Below, piece after piece: positions 55,243 to 64,000 of a stretch of 64,000 nucleotides of DNA (positions within the stretch are counted from its first letter, which is position 1; every line of letters begins with the position of its first letter). The stretch comes from Escherichia phage Ecwhy_1. The DNA lies in sequence record MH791411.1; one strand, written 5' to 3'. Position numbers and translations under genes: made by a program. A model generated the notes under the pieces. That model was not told the origin of the DNA, made no database searches, and worked only from the letters and a program-made list of their open reading frames with translations.

Positions 55243-55531
55243 CGTAATGCTCCTTAACAATATAAAAGTAGTTGCTGTTGTTGTCAAAAAAGATGACTAA
55301 TCCTTTGTAGACATTTACACCAATCTTGATTTGGCATATTTTATTCGATTTACAAGCCTCAGTCAATAACATTTTGTGCTCTTTACTGAAAGTGTGGAAG
55401 AGTGGTTTTACATGCCACATCTCCACACCATCTAGTACTGGAAAATGTTCACTGAATTTGATCATTGATTCTTGCAAAAAATAACCTGTTAGATTTGAAT
55501 CATCAGACATGTAAGTTCGCCAGGAAGTCAA
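55223..55531 (-). CDS. hypothetical protein
   Basis: Track ORF, 102 aa. Confidence 0.45.
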   Translation of the reverse strand: MTSWRTYMSDDSNLTGYFLQESMIKFSEHFPVLDGVEMWHVKPLFHTFSKEHKMLLTEACKSNKICQIKIGVNVYKGLVIFFDNNSNYFYIVKEHYVDKYKY

Positions 55532-55796
55532 TTACTTCGTCATGTGTTAACTTATCACTACGCTCTAGAACATTGATGATGAATGGTGTTTGACTATATA
55601 ATTCAGCCAGAAACGCAACTTCATCAGATGTATAAGAATATCCCATAGGAACAACTTGTGCAGTCCAGTTTCCTAAAGTTTTGTTTGCAATGATTGCAAC
55701 CACCGTATTACCTTTGAATTCAACATGGATTGAACGGAAACCCGAATCCTCATTCTGATCCCAAAGTACTGGGTTAGTTTTAAACAGTACTGACAT
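55503..55796 (-). CDS. hypothetical protein
   Basis: Track ORF, 97 aa. Confidence 0.45.
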   Translation of the reverse strand: MSVLFKTNPVLWDQNEDSGFRSIHVEFKGNTVVAIIANKTLGNWTAQVVPMGYSYTSDEVAFLAELYSQTPFIINVLERSDKLTHDEVIDFLANLHV

Positions 55797-55798
55797 AG

Positions 55799-56332
55799 TT
55801 ATTTCCTCATGTATTTTATTACATCTTCAAATAGTTTAGTTTTCAGTGCATCATCATTACCAGGTAGAAAAGTACTGAAGCTATTAAAATCTTCATTCTT
55901 GGCAAACTCACGCATCTGTGTGGAACTGTAGCGACTTATATTTCGGTCAATTCCAGCTTGAACTGCCTTGATTGAACAAAAATTATATAACTTCCCATTG
56001 TACGTGTCAAGTGTTTTTTGGAATGGTTCAAGTCTATCTGAACCACATATGAAAAGAACATCTAAGTACTTTCCATCCAGTTCTCTCATTATATCAAACA
56101 GATTATCTTCTGTATAGATATTTTCTTGTACAGATGGGTAAAATCCTTCTGTATAGTACATTTTCAGTTCAGGAGGTAATGGGTTTTTGATGGCATCAGT
56201 ACTGGTACTAAGGAATATTTTCAAATCAGCATTGTACTGTTCTTGTAGTGCTTGAGCTTTTTCAAACACTAAACCATGACCTCGATGTACAGGGTTAATT
56301 CTTCCGAATGTCACTACGCATGTTTCTTTCAT
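55799..56332 (-). CDS. nicotinamide/nicotinate mononucleotide adenylyltransferase-like nucleotidyltransferase
   Basis: FGRINPVHRGH (cytidylyltransferase-type H-x-G-H motif) and ISRYSSTQMRE (S-x-T-x-x-R region); 177 aa. Confidence 0.6.
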   Translation of the reverse strand: MKETCVVTFGRINPVHRGHGLVFEKAQALQEQYNADLKIFLSTSTDAIKNPLPPELKMYYTEGFYPSVQENIYTEDNLFDIMRELDGKYLDVLFICGSDRLEPFQKTLDTYNGKLYNFCSIKAVQAGIDRNISRYSSTQMREFAKNEDFNSFSTFLPGNDDALKTKLFEDVIKYMRK

Positions 56333-56853
56333 ATGTTCTTCATCACCTGACCAATAGATTTAAGATGGTTGATTTTAGCTGGAGTCAAATACTTATCCAG
56401 TACTATTAAACAACTAGGGAATGGAGCACTGTCAGTCTTTTTATCTGGTTCTTCAGGGATACCGAACTTTAAGCGACCTTTTATAAAACAAATACAATCA
56501 CAAACTTTCGCAGCATAATCCTGAAAGGCTATAGTATCAGTTCTTGATGGTACGAGAATCAGTACTGTAGCACCTTTGTTATATGCATCAACTGCCTTAG
56601 ATAACCACGTTTTCAAATCACTGTACGGTGGGTTGAGCCACACGATATTGTTTCCCCAGTCCTGTTCAAGTGAATTGTCTTCTGGTGTAAAGAAATTATC
56701 ACACAATGCTGTTTCTTTAACACATGCTGCATCTAGTGTAAATCCCCAGAGTTCATCCAAATCTTCAAAGAAATCCTTTGGAGTAGTCCAGTTATCTTTC
56801 CCAGTACTGAAATGTACTGATTGTTTTTTCTTCGAAGCATCCTTCTTCGACAT
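56329..56853 (-). CDS. dam: phage Dam-family DNA N6-adenine methyltransferase
   Basis: WTTPKDFFEDLDELWGFTLDAAC ... DWGNNIVWLNPPYS ... LVPSRTDT ... IKGRLKFG, catalytic NPPY motif. Confidence 0.8.
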   Translation of the reverse strand: MSKKDASKKKQSVHFSTGKDNWTTPKDFFEDLDELWGFTLDAACVKETALCDNFFTPEDNSLEQDWGNNIVWLNPPYSDLKTWLSKAVDAYNKGATVLILVPSRTDTIAFQDYAAKVCDCICFIKGRLKFGIPEEPDKKTDSAPFPSCLIVLDKYLTPAKINHLKSIGQVMKNI

Positions 56854-56869
56854 ACATAATTTCCTTTGA

Positions 56870-57415
56870 TTATAGACAGTTAAGTACTATGTCATCAAAA
56901 GTACTACTGTCAATGTTGTATTCATATAAAAATTTAAAATGTGATCCATAACGCATCATCAGATTAAACTCTTCTTCAGTATTAAATTTGTAATCATGAA
57001 GAGTTTCAAGGGTACATGTTAAACCTAAAAACTCAATAATTTCTGATGTTACATCATTTCCTGAATTGAAGTATTTAACCCAAACACATTTTCCTTGTGG
57101 GTTGAATTTTCTATATTCTCCTTCTAGTTCTCCATTGACGATATGTGCTTTCGCACTGATTAGATTATTACTATAACGCTCTTCGTAGTAGTTCCCATAA
57201 CGAGCTTTAAGAATTGTAGGCTTCTTGGTTGGGAATAACTTAATGGAAGTTAATTCAAAACCGCACTGCAACTCTTTGATGTACGAAATACATCCCTTTT
57301 CTTTAATCACAACAAAACCAGTAAAATTCTCTTGGTCTTGGTTCTGATTGTCTGAATCAACAAATTCTAGTGTTTTATAAGTGACGCTTTTAGATTTTTT
57401 AATAAATGACATCAT
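56870..57415 (-). CDS. hypothetical protein
   Basis: Track ORF, 181 aa; GELEGEYRKFNPQGKCVWVKYFNSGN is faintly MORN-repeat-like. Confidence 0.5.
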   Translation of the reverse strand: MMSFIKKSKSVTYKTLEFVDSDNQNQDQENFTGFVVIKEKGCISYIKELQCGFELTSIKLFPTKKPTILKARYGNYYEERYSNNLISAKAHIVNGELEGEYRKFNPQGKCVWVKYFNSGNDVTSEIIEFLGLTCTLETLHDYKFNTEEEFNLMMRYGSHFKFLYEYNIDSSTFDDIVLNCL

Positions 57416-57532
57416 TATTCCTATGGAAACATCAATGACTGTACATGGCGTTGACTACATCAACACCAGTCGAATTATACACGCTTCGCATGTCTAATTC
57501 GACGAAAGTACTATGATTTGTTTTAATTAATA

Positions 57533-58016
57533 TTGACGGGGTTTGCTTGAGCATATTTCATCCCCCCCGCAGGGGAAAGAACAAAAAAAGTTTGACGCTG
57601 GTGGCCTTCACATAGTTCATATCACGAATTCTCTTACGAGGCGAAAGCGGGTTGCTCTGTTTCTCTCTATCGCGGTTCTTGTAGCAACGGTCGTCGGTCT
57701 TAAACATCCCGACACATAATACAAATACCATATGACCAGTACTTGTATTTGATTTCACGAATTTTGGACGCAACTATATTGTATAAATTACGACCGCAAA
57801 TTTCTCATGAAATCTCCCTTAGATAATTGGTAAGGTGCGATCCTTATATGTCTATCGAGGAACTCTCTTTATCCTATTGGAGTTCTTTATACAGCCGCAT
57901 TGCCGTGAGTGGTTCAAACTATGCCATCATCTAACGGGTTTCATTTGCTGTTCGTACTGAAAGGACTACTCATCTACCCTCTACTTTTCGAGTGGATTAG
58001 GCTTTAATCATTTCCA
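57533..58016 (+). ncRNA. candidate structured non-coding element, copy B (paralogous to 6719..7260)
   Basis: Second-largest intergenic gap; shares the same conserved blocks as copy A; strand assignment tentative. Confidence 0.4.
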
Positions 58017-58034
58017 TATGGAACCTTTCAGGAT

Positions 58035-58067
58035 TAAAAAAAGGCGACAACATATTCTGCTGTCACC
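58035..58067 (-). terminator. putative intrinsic terminator
   Basis: On minus strand stem GGTGACA/TGTCGCC (one G-U) followed by T7; ends the upstream gene just before element copy B. Confidence 0.45.
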
Positions 58068-58097
58068 TTACATTATATCATAAACTTATGGTATGTC

Positions 58098-58946
58098 TCA
58101 GTTGTATTCTGTTTTTTCAGTGAAATTAGTTAAGATATCTGCACTTAAGCTTCTCATAACCTCAATCTTACTTGGCATGAACCTGTGCTTGTTTTTTACA
58201 TACAACTCATCATCTTCAATGAAAGATGTGAACATGAATACCATATCTTCACGTGGAATTGAGAGAATATTACAGTTTTCATTTTCAGCAACAGGGGAAT
58301 CATTGTAGTACTTAGAGAATGCAGTACTTTGACGACCGATTATGATAGAATTTCGGATTAGAAAATTACTACAGTACTGAAAATCTTTGTAGTACTTGTC
58401 AAGGATATATGGCATTATCGCTTCTTTCACTTCTTCATATCCATTGGTACTATCAATTTCAGTACAATAATCTTCTCGGTCTTTTTTCCCTCGATGATTA
58501 TCAAACTCGTACTCAAAGAATAAATTTTTATTTAATGAATCATTTGAACCAACTGATCCACTATAGTATGATTTTCTATCATTCATTCGATCATCCGGGC
58601 ATGATGCATACATAGAAATGTCATGTGTTGACGTACCGATATAAATTTTCTTAGTAATGTGATTGTACGCGATGTAATCATAATCTTGTACTCCAGTTAG
58701 CATTAACTGGAACATCAATTCATCAGGAACATCAATTAACGGGTACTCAAACTTCGAATATCTACTACGACAGAAATTCTTTTCAAATGCTCGATATGCG
58801 ATGAAATCTTTTAGGTTTGTAATAGATTCATGCTCATGTGTACTACTGGTGCGTACATTGACATTAGTAGACGAGCAATACCCTTCAGATTCTTCTGCGT
58901 AGTCATAATAACCCTTACTGTAGTCAACGATTAGATAAAGTTTCAT
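58098..58946 (-). CDS. hypothetical protein
   Basis: Track ORF, 282 aa. Confidence 0.5.
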   Translation of the reverse strand: MKLYLIVDYSKGYYDYAEESEGYCSSTNVNVRTSSTHEHESITNLKDFIAYRAFEKNFCRSRYSKFEYPLIDVPDELMFQLMLTGVQDYDYIAYNHITKKIYIGTSTHDISMYASCPDDRMNDRKSYYSGSVGSNDSLNKNLFFEYEFDNHRGKKDREDYCTEIDSTNGYEEVKEAIMPYILDKYYKDFQYCSNFLIRNSIIIGRQSTAFSKYYNDSPVAENENCNILSIPREDMVFMFTSFIEDDELYVKNKHRFMPSKIEVMRSLSADILTNFTEKTEYN

Positions 58947-58997
58947 ATATCTCCAGACAAAAAAAAGACGAGATATTATATCCCGTCCTTTGGTTTA

Positions 58998-59303
58998 TTA
59001 GTGGCTTGCCCAGCAGTAAACAGGACGTAGATTTTCCATTGGGTTTACTTCAGGCTTCAGTACTGTAACACGAACTTCATACGGAGTACCATCTGCATGA
59101 TGGAACGTTTCGTAATGAATACTCTCAATGAAGGTTTCATATTCTTCTTGAGAACGTGAACGAACTGATGGGGAATATTTCTTTTTGGTATCTGATTTTA
59201 GTGTAACACTTACTAGTTCTGATTCTTCACCATTTTCAAGTTTATTGAAATCGAACTCTGGTACACCTTCAAACATATCAAATTTCATTCCGTTGTCTTC
59301 CAT
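58998..59303 (-). CDS. hypothetical protein
   Basis: Track ORF, 101 aa. Confidence 0.5.
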   Translation of the reverse strand: MEDNGMKFDMFEGVPEFDFNKLENGEESELVSVTLKSDTKKKYSPSVRSRSQEEYETFIESIHYETFHHADGTPYEVRVTVLKPEVNPMENLRPVYCWASH

Positions 59304-59354
59304 TTTAAATTCCTTTTTATATAATGTTAGTTAGATAGTTTTTAATAAATCAGA

Positions 59355-59741
59355 TTAGATTACGTCATACGGTAGAGTACCGTGACGGAATTTATCAAGT
59401 TGTGCTAGAACTTCTTTACGTTCGATAATCTCTGGCACATCTTCTTGCAGTTGGTCACATACTTCAACGATGAAATCCCAATCGCTCTCACAACTCACAC
59501 GTACTGCTTCAATTGTTTTCCAATCAGCACTAATTTCACCTTCAGGATTTACATACGAAGGCCATACCTTTCCATAGTCTTGTACTGATTTGTCGTTAAG
59601 AACACGAATAGCATTGAAAATCTGTCCAGTACTGAAGTGTTTAGTATTCTTCATGTCTTCTAAGCAACATAGCTTAGGTTCACCCTGGACTTCAATCAGA
59701 AGTACACCACCAATAGCTTTTAGAACAGAACTTGTATTCAT
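59355..59741 (-). CDS. hypothetical protein
   Basis: Track ORF, 128 aa. Confidence 0.5.
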   Translation of the reverse strand: MNTSSVLKAIGGVLLIEVQGEPKLCCLEDMKNTKHFSTGQIFNAIRVLNDKSVQDYGKVWPSYVNPEGEISADWKTIEAVRVSCESDWDFIVEVCDQLQEDVPEIIERKEVLAQLDKFRHGTLPYDVI

Positions 59742-59812
59742 CTATATCTCCATTTATCAAAAAAAGATGTGAACATTATATCACAAGGAATTGTCATGTC
59801 CACAATATTTTA

Positions 59813-60106
59813 TCAAATAGTCAAACTTTCGTGCCAGTTATTGAAATCGTTAATAGCCAGCATAAACATATTCTCATCATTAAATTCTAGAATATGTTCA
59901 TTGTATAAGTAGCTAATGTACTTATTACTACAGTGTTTGCTATTCATAATTAGCATTTCAACTGCACGTTCATACGAACATGGGCTGAGATACAATTTTG
60001 TTCCATCAGGATGCTCAATCTCCACTGCACCAGGTGGAATAAAACGTTCACCAGTATAAGGGATATACGGCTCTGTTTTGAAAATAAGTTTGAATTTAGT
60101 ATCCAT
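59813..60106 (-). CDS. hypothetical protein
   Basis: Track ORF, 97 aa. Confidence 0.5.
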   Translation of the reverse strand: MDTKFKLIFKTEPYIPYTGERFIPPGAVEIEHPDGTKLYLSPCSYERAVEMLIMNSKHCSNKYISYLYNEHILEFNDENMFMLAINDFNNWHESLTI

Positions 60107-60122
60107 ACCAAATCCTCCATAA

Positions 60123-60971
60123 TTACATTGTTTCTTTTATGTTGCGTAACATAGTATTAACTATGTTCATCTTCCCACCTAACTTGAAGTAATATTCCAA
60201 TTTATTAATAATATTACTTTTTAATATCTCAAATATTTGATATTCATTTGTTTCGAAACCAAGTTCGAATTGGAAAGTATATAAATTGTTGAATAGATGT
60301 ACCAACGATGCATCAGGTGATTCCATTGTAAATGTGTAGTTGGTACGATAACCAGTACTAATCACCACTTCCGATGATTCACCTTTCATGAATATGTCAA
60401 TATTATACATCATTGGGCGACCAGTTGCAATATCTTTCATTCGGAAGAATGCAGTACTACGATACACAACACCATCTTCGGTAACCTTTTCTTGTATAGT
60501 GATATTTGAAACTTCACTCTCTTTGAATTTGGATTCGAATGAATGAATACGATTTGATTTTTCATCATCCGTATACATAGTGCATGTATATTTTCCAAAA
60601 TCATCTCTAGATGTATATGATTTATCGCTGGCGGTTTTATAAAACGAAACCCCATTGATGTGTTCTTCTTTGTACATCATTGTGTCATTGGATTTGTAGT
60701 ATGAACAATTAGGTGTTGAAAGAGATTCAAAATTGTTCACATCATGACAGTAAGAAATAGAAGAATCGCTATACAGTACTACATCACGAATTGCAACTTC
60801 TTTTGAAGTACCTTTTTTGACAGAAATTTGAAAGTCATTGCATGGGAAGATTCTATATCCATCGTATGTATCTGATGTACTGATACCAAATGGTGTTGGG
60901 GAATTCAGAAATTCGTTGATATGTTCAAGTACTGAATACTTTTTGAAATTACGAAAATCTGTTGTATCCAT
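60123..60971 (-). CDS. hypothetical protein
   Basis: Track ORF, 282 aa. Confidence 0.5.
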   Translation of the reverse strand: MDTTDFRNFKKYSVLEHINEFLNSPTPFGISTSDTYDGYRIFPCNDFQISVKKGTSKEVAIRDVVLYSDSSISYCHDVNNFESLSTPNCSYYKSNDTMMYKEEHINGVSFYKTASDKSYTSRDDFGKYTCTMYTDDEKSNRIHSFESKFKESEVSNITIQEKVTEDGVVYRSTAFFRMKDIATGRPMMYNIDIFMKGESSEVVISTGYRTNYTFTMESPDASLVHLFNNLYTFQFELGFETNEYQIFEILKSNIINKLEYYFKLGGKMNIVNTMLRNIKETM

Positions 60972-61004
60972 AGTAATACAATCTCCTAAATTTCGGACAA
61001 AAAA

Positions 61005-61136
61005 TTAGTCGAGAATAAATCTCGACTTGTGTTTTACTTTACCATTCTTCATTGCTTTTTTACGGTCCACATGTGTTTGAGGTTTATTAAACTCATTCAT
61101 ATGCTTTTGTACAAAGTTGTTTACATTTTTAGCCAT
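61005..61136 (-). CDS. small basic protein
   Basis: 43-aa ORF not in track (MAKNVNNFVQKHMNEF...); 3' end forms hairpin GTCGAG/CTCGAC followed by T-run on minus strand. Confidence 0.3.
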   Translation of the reverse strand: MAKNVNNFVQKHMNEFNKPQTHVDRKKAMKNGKVKHKSRFILD

Positions 61137-61138
61137 AC

Positions 61139-61612
61139 TTACTCCAAATCGGGATCTTTAACTGTTAGGCTTTCAATATCACTTGCGTAAAGAACTACAT
61201 TAGTTTGTGTCTCTGATACTTTAAAATCATGATAACTATCTTTCACTTTAAAATTATCCAAAATAAACCCTTTACTACAACACATCATGATTTTATCATC
61301 TTTGATGGTGTATGTATTCTTTTTCTTACGTACTTCAGATTGTGGGGTAATATTATCATTGTTACGAATAACACAATCAATGTACTCGTCATTTGTACTC
61401 ATAGGCATACCCATGATAAACGAATTACTAGTACTGATTGTTAGTATGAAAACATTAGTATTTGGATTGTGAAAGAAGTCGTGCATAGTTTTACTGCATA
61501 AAAACAAGCACTGAATTATGTCCTTTACATTGAACATTATATCATGAACTTTGAATGCGTCCAACTCTAAAATGTCATCTATCTTTCCATTCTCAACAGT
61601 TTTAATCTCCAT
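61139..61612 (-). CDS. hypothetical protein
   Basis: Track ORF, 157 aa. Confidence 0.5.
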   Translation of the reverse strand: MEIKTVENGKIDDILELDAFKVHDIMFNVKDIIQCLFLCSKTMHDFFHNPNTNVFILTISTSNSFIMGMPMSTNDEYIDCVIRNNDNITPQSEVRKKKNTYTIKDDKIMMCCSKGFILDNFKVKDSYHDFKVSETQTNVVLYASDIESLTVKDPDLE

Positions 61613-61654
61613 GATCTATCCTTGATCTTCAAAGGCACTCCATGTGCACATATA

Positions 61655-62155
61655 TTAGGTCACAGCTTTGTATTTCTCCATTGCTTCGGTGATATTCAAT
61701 ACTGCTTGCGGTACGTCACTTTTGTTGTATGCAATGGTTAGTTTTTCCATGTTATTGAGAAGACTTAGAAACAATGGAAGTACTTCTGCATTGTCACTGA
61801 AGTTACAATCATTGACAGTACTCAATTGAAATAACTCACCAGCATCAACATTGAGTGTGTTGTATTCTTTAACAATGTTTTCTTCAGTATTGAAGATGTA
61901 GAATACAGTCCCCATGTGGTGTAAGTATACACCAGTATCATTCTGAATATGACATGGGGTGATTACAATTGCTGTGTTATCAATATTATTTACTATTGTC
62001 AAACGCAGACTATGTAACCCAAAGATTACAGTACAATCCTTTGTACTGTGTTGGATCTGGTCACTAGTAAAGGAAGACCCACTATGATTTTTAGATCCAT
62101 TTAGTATTTCTTTGATAATTTTAAATGAATACTTCATCGAATTAGTTAAAAGCAT
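61655..62155 (-). CDS. hypothetical protein
   Basis: Track ORF, 166 aa. Confidence 0.5.
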   Translation of the reverse strand: MLLTNSMKYSFKIIKEILNGSKNHSGSSFTSDQIQHSTKDCTVIFGLHSLRLTIVNNIDNTAIVITPCHIQNDTGVYLHHMGTVFYIFNTEENIVKEYNTLNVDAGELFQLSTVNDCNFSDNAEVLPLFLSLLNNMEKLTIAYNKSDVPQAVLNITEAMEKYKAVT

Positions 62156-62555
62156 GAACTTTACCTTTAAGTAAATTAATTAATGATCGCATAGATTCAG
62201 TACTGACAGTACCAAAATCAACACCTAAGCACTCGTATTGAAAGAACTCAATAGAATCAATTGAGTCCAAAGGAATCTCAACAACCTGATTCCCTATACC
62301 AGACATAGTAACATTGCTTTTATTAATCGTCAAGAAGTTTTTTGAATAAGTATTAAATTTTAGTGAAATCGCATCGGGGTGCTTTGTAACAATGCAGTAC
62401 TGGGAGCCATACACATATAGTACTTTACTTTCACTAAGATCCGTTTTAAAAAAATGAATCCCATTGAAGTATTTCTCATTGGCTCCCATCGCCGCGATTA
62501 GTTCATCTGTTGTTGTTAACCTTGTTTCGTTCTTCGTTAAACTGTTGAAAAGCAT
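62142..62555 (-). CDS. hypothetical protein
   Basis: Track ORF, 137 aa. Confidence 0.5.
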   Translation of the reverse strand: MLFNSLTKNETRLTTTDELIAAMGANEKYFNGIHFFKTDLSESKVLYVYGSQYCIVTKHPDAISLKFNTYSKNFLTINKSNVTMSGIGNQVVEIPLDSIDSIEFFQYECLGVDFGTVSTESMRSLINLLKGKVHAFN

Positions 62556-62976
62556 AGAATACTACCTTAACCATTTGTAGTGTTTCAGACATTACTTCTG
62601 ATGAAAATTCAACATCATTGAATTTCAGCATAGTGTTCTGTGTAAAGAAAGTTGCTTCTAAGTCTTCCAGATTGAAGGGTTCATCAAACAAATTAGTACT
62701 GAACATGTCAGTCTTCTTCTTGTATGTGAACAAGAATTTGGAATTATAACGAAGAACTATTTCATCTTTATTAACCAAAATACGTGCAATGTTTTGACGT
62801 GTCAATGTGGTAATGTTTAAATTGAACACGTTCTTGCGTGTTTCAGTGATATCAACAAAATACCCATCTCCCTGATGGATATTACATCGTACATCCAACC
62901 CTTTCTGTACTGTATTGAACAGTGCATCTTGAATAAAATAATTTGCTGTATCGATGTTTCCTAAAATGTCTAACAT
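62503..62976 (-). CDS. hypothetical protein
   Basis: Track ORF, 157 aa. Confidence 0.5.
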   Translation of the reverse strand: MLDILGNIDTANYFIQDALFNTVQKGLDVRCNIHQGDGYFVDITETRKNVFNLNITTLTRQNIARILVNKDEIVLRYNSKFLFTYKKKTDMFSTNLFDEPFNLEDLEATFFTQNTMLKFNDVEFSSEVMSETLQMVKVVFYAFQQFNEERNKVNNNR

Positions 62977-63488
62977 AACTTCTCCTTGATTGCTGTCATA
63001 TTTAGAAGAAATTCTTCAAGCAATTCCTCTGTAACATACTCAACATACCAGAATATCACAATATCTTTTGAAAGTCGAGTATTCTTAAAAATATCTACTA
63101 ACTCTTTGTAGTACTCAAGATCATATACATCTTTTATAATTAGTGAGTACTGAAATAGTGATTCTTCAGTTAACTTAAATTCTGGATATAGTAAGTCATT
63201 AAATTCTAATGATTCTGATTGTACTTTTATTTTAGTGAAGTCATTTGTTAATCCACCATTACATCCATATAATGCAGCGTAATTCACGAACTTGGCTTTT
63301 GGATTAAAATCAAGAACAGTTTCACCATTATATGACAATCGGTGGAACGCCGTGAACTTTGTAATTTGCCACGGTTGCTTAATATCTAAGTCATTTATGT
63401 CTTTATTATTGTACATAAGAACAGTGAATATTTCAGCAATCTTCAATAATAATTTAGTACGTGCTAGTACTGTCATAGGTTCAATCAT
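62970..63488 (-). CDS. hypothetical protein
   Basis: Track ORF, 172 aa. Confidence 0.5.
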   Translation of the reverse strand: MIEPMTVLARTKLLLKIAEIFTVLMYNNKDINDLDIKQPWQITKFTAFHRLSYNGETVLDFNPKAKFVNYAALYGCNGGLTNDFTKIKVQSESLEFNDLLYPEFKLTEESLFQYSLIIKDVYDLEYYKELVDIFKNTRLSKDIVIFWYVEYVTEELLEEFLLNMTAIKEKLC

Positions 63489-63901
63489 TATACACCTTCA
63501 TATTCATCAAGGAAATCTTCGATGATCATTTCTGCGTCATCCATGTGCATAGCATCAACTTCGACAATGCGAACCTTAGACGTATCCCAAATCATATAGC
63601 TAGAAACTGTATCTGGTTCGTAATCGTTTTTGTACTGAACTGCATCATAGCCGTTAATTTCGCAGTACTCAATCACTCCACGCCATTCGTCATCACTGCC
63701 CATATCCGTCCACAGAAGCACGTTATCAACATCAACTTCTAAGGTATGTAAGTATACTGTATCAGCGTCAACAACGTTCAGTGGGCTTCTAAGCTTGCGT
63801 AATGCAGCTTCTAAAGCACTGTGTTTACCTCCCATATGAAGACCACCATACGGGATATAAAAGTTATCAATTTTTACAGTACTCGCATGATACAGTTTCA
63901 T
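63488..63901 (-). CDS. hypothetical acidic protein
   Basis: Track ORF, 137 aa. Confidence 0.5.
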   Translation of the reverse strand: MKLYHASTVKIDNFYIPYGGLHMGGKHSALEAALRKLRSPLNVVDADTVYLHTLEVDVDNVLLWTDMGSDDEWRGVIEYCEINGYDAVQYKNDYEPDTVSSYMIWDTSKVRIVEVDAMHMDDAEMIIEDFLDEYEGV

Positions 63902-64000
63902 AATTCATTCCTATTTCAGTACTTTGACCAGGGCTTTAACCGCTGTTTCAAGTTGTGCAAAGTCGTTGATTGTAAGATAATGAATACCCAATGTACTCAT

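Noticed and set aside
1899-61472. Plus-strand ORFs in the six-frame track (for example 1899..2099, 4225..4470, 28756..29109, 44257..44586, 51890..52285)
   Set aside because: Each lies entirely inside or antisense to a longer minus-strand gene with recognisable motifs or tight operon packing; they have low-complexity or odd composition and no start context. Treated as shadow ORFs.
1-64000. AGTACT enrichment as a by-product of codon or amino-acid usage
   Set aside because: Instances were found in all three frames encoding different residues (LST, SVL, QYL) and in non-coding DNA, so a single codon-pair preference does not explain it; exact statistics are still needed.
1-64000. CRISPR array, integrase, attachment site, prophage boundary, rRNA or tRNA genes
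   Set aside because: No regularly spaced direct repeats, no tyrosine- or serine-recombinase motifs, no flanking bacterial genes, and no tRNA-like cloverleaf signatures were seen; the window looks like the interior of a lytic phage genome.

Overview
This 64-kb window is a densely packed, AT-rich block of a large virulent dsDNA phage with T4-like enzymes; essentially every credible gene is on the minus strand. Recognisable genes: thymidine kinase, anaerobic ribonucleotide reductase NrdD/NrdG, dCMP deaminase, T4-type DNA ligase, RNA ligase 1 plus polynucleotide kinase/phosphatase (tRNA repair), PIN-PhoH, ClpP, two metallophosphatases, a Dam-family N6-adenine methyltransferase, an HNH endonuclease, a spanin-like pair, and three paralogous tail-fibre genes. 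An NAD-related set (Sir2-like, Nudix, NMN adenylyltransferase-like) and extra proteases (HslV-like, secreted ClpP/S49-like) are also present. No rRNA, tRNA, CRISPR array or integrase was seen. The two most unusual observations are (1) two diverged copies of a ~500-bp non-coding element with GNRA-capped hairpins, sitting in the two largest intergenic gaps, and (2) roughly ten-fold over-representation of the palindrome AGTACT across the whole window. Most small ORFs have no recognisable function. All calls are from reading the sequence and translations by eye; no database search was run, and coordinates of hairpins and adjusted starts are approximate.
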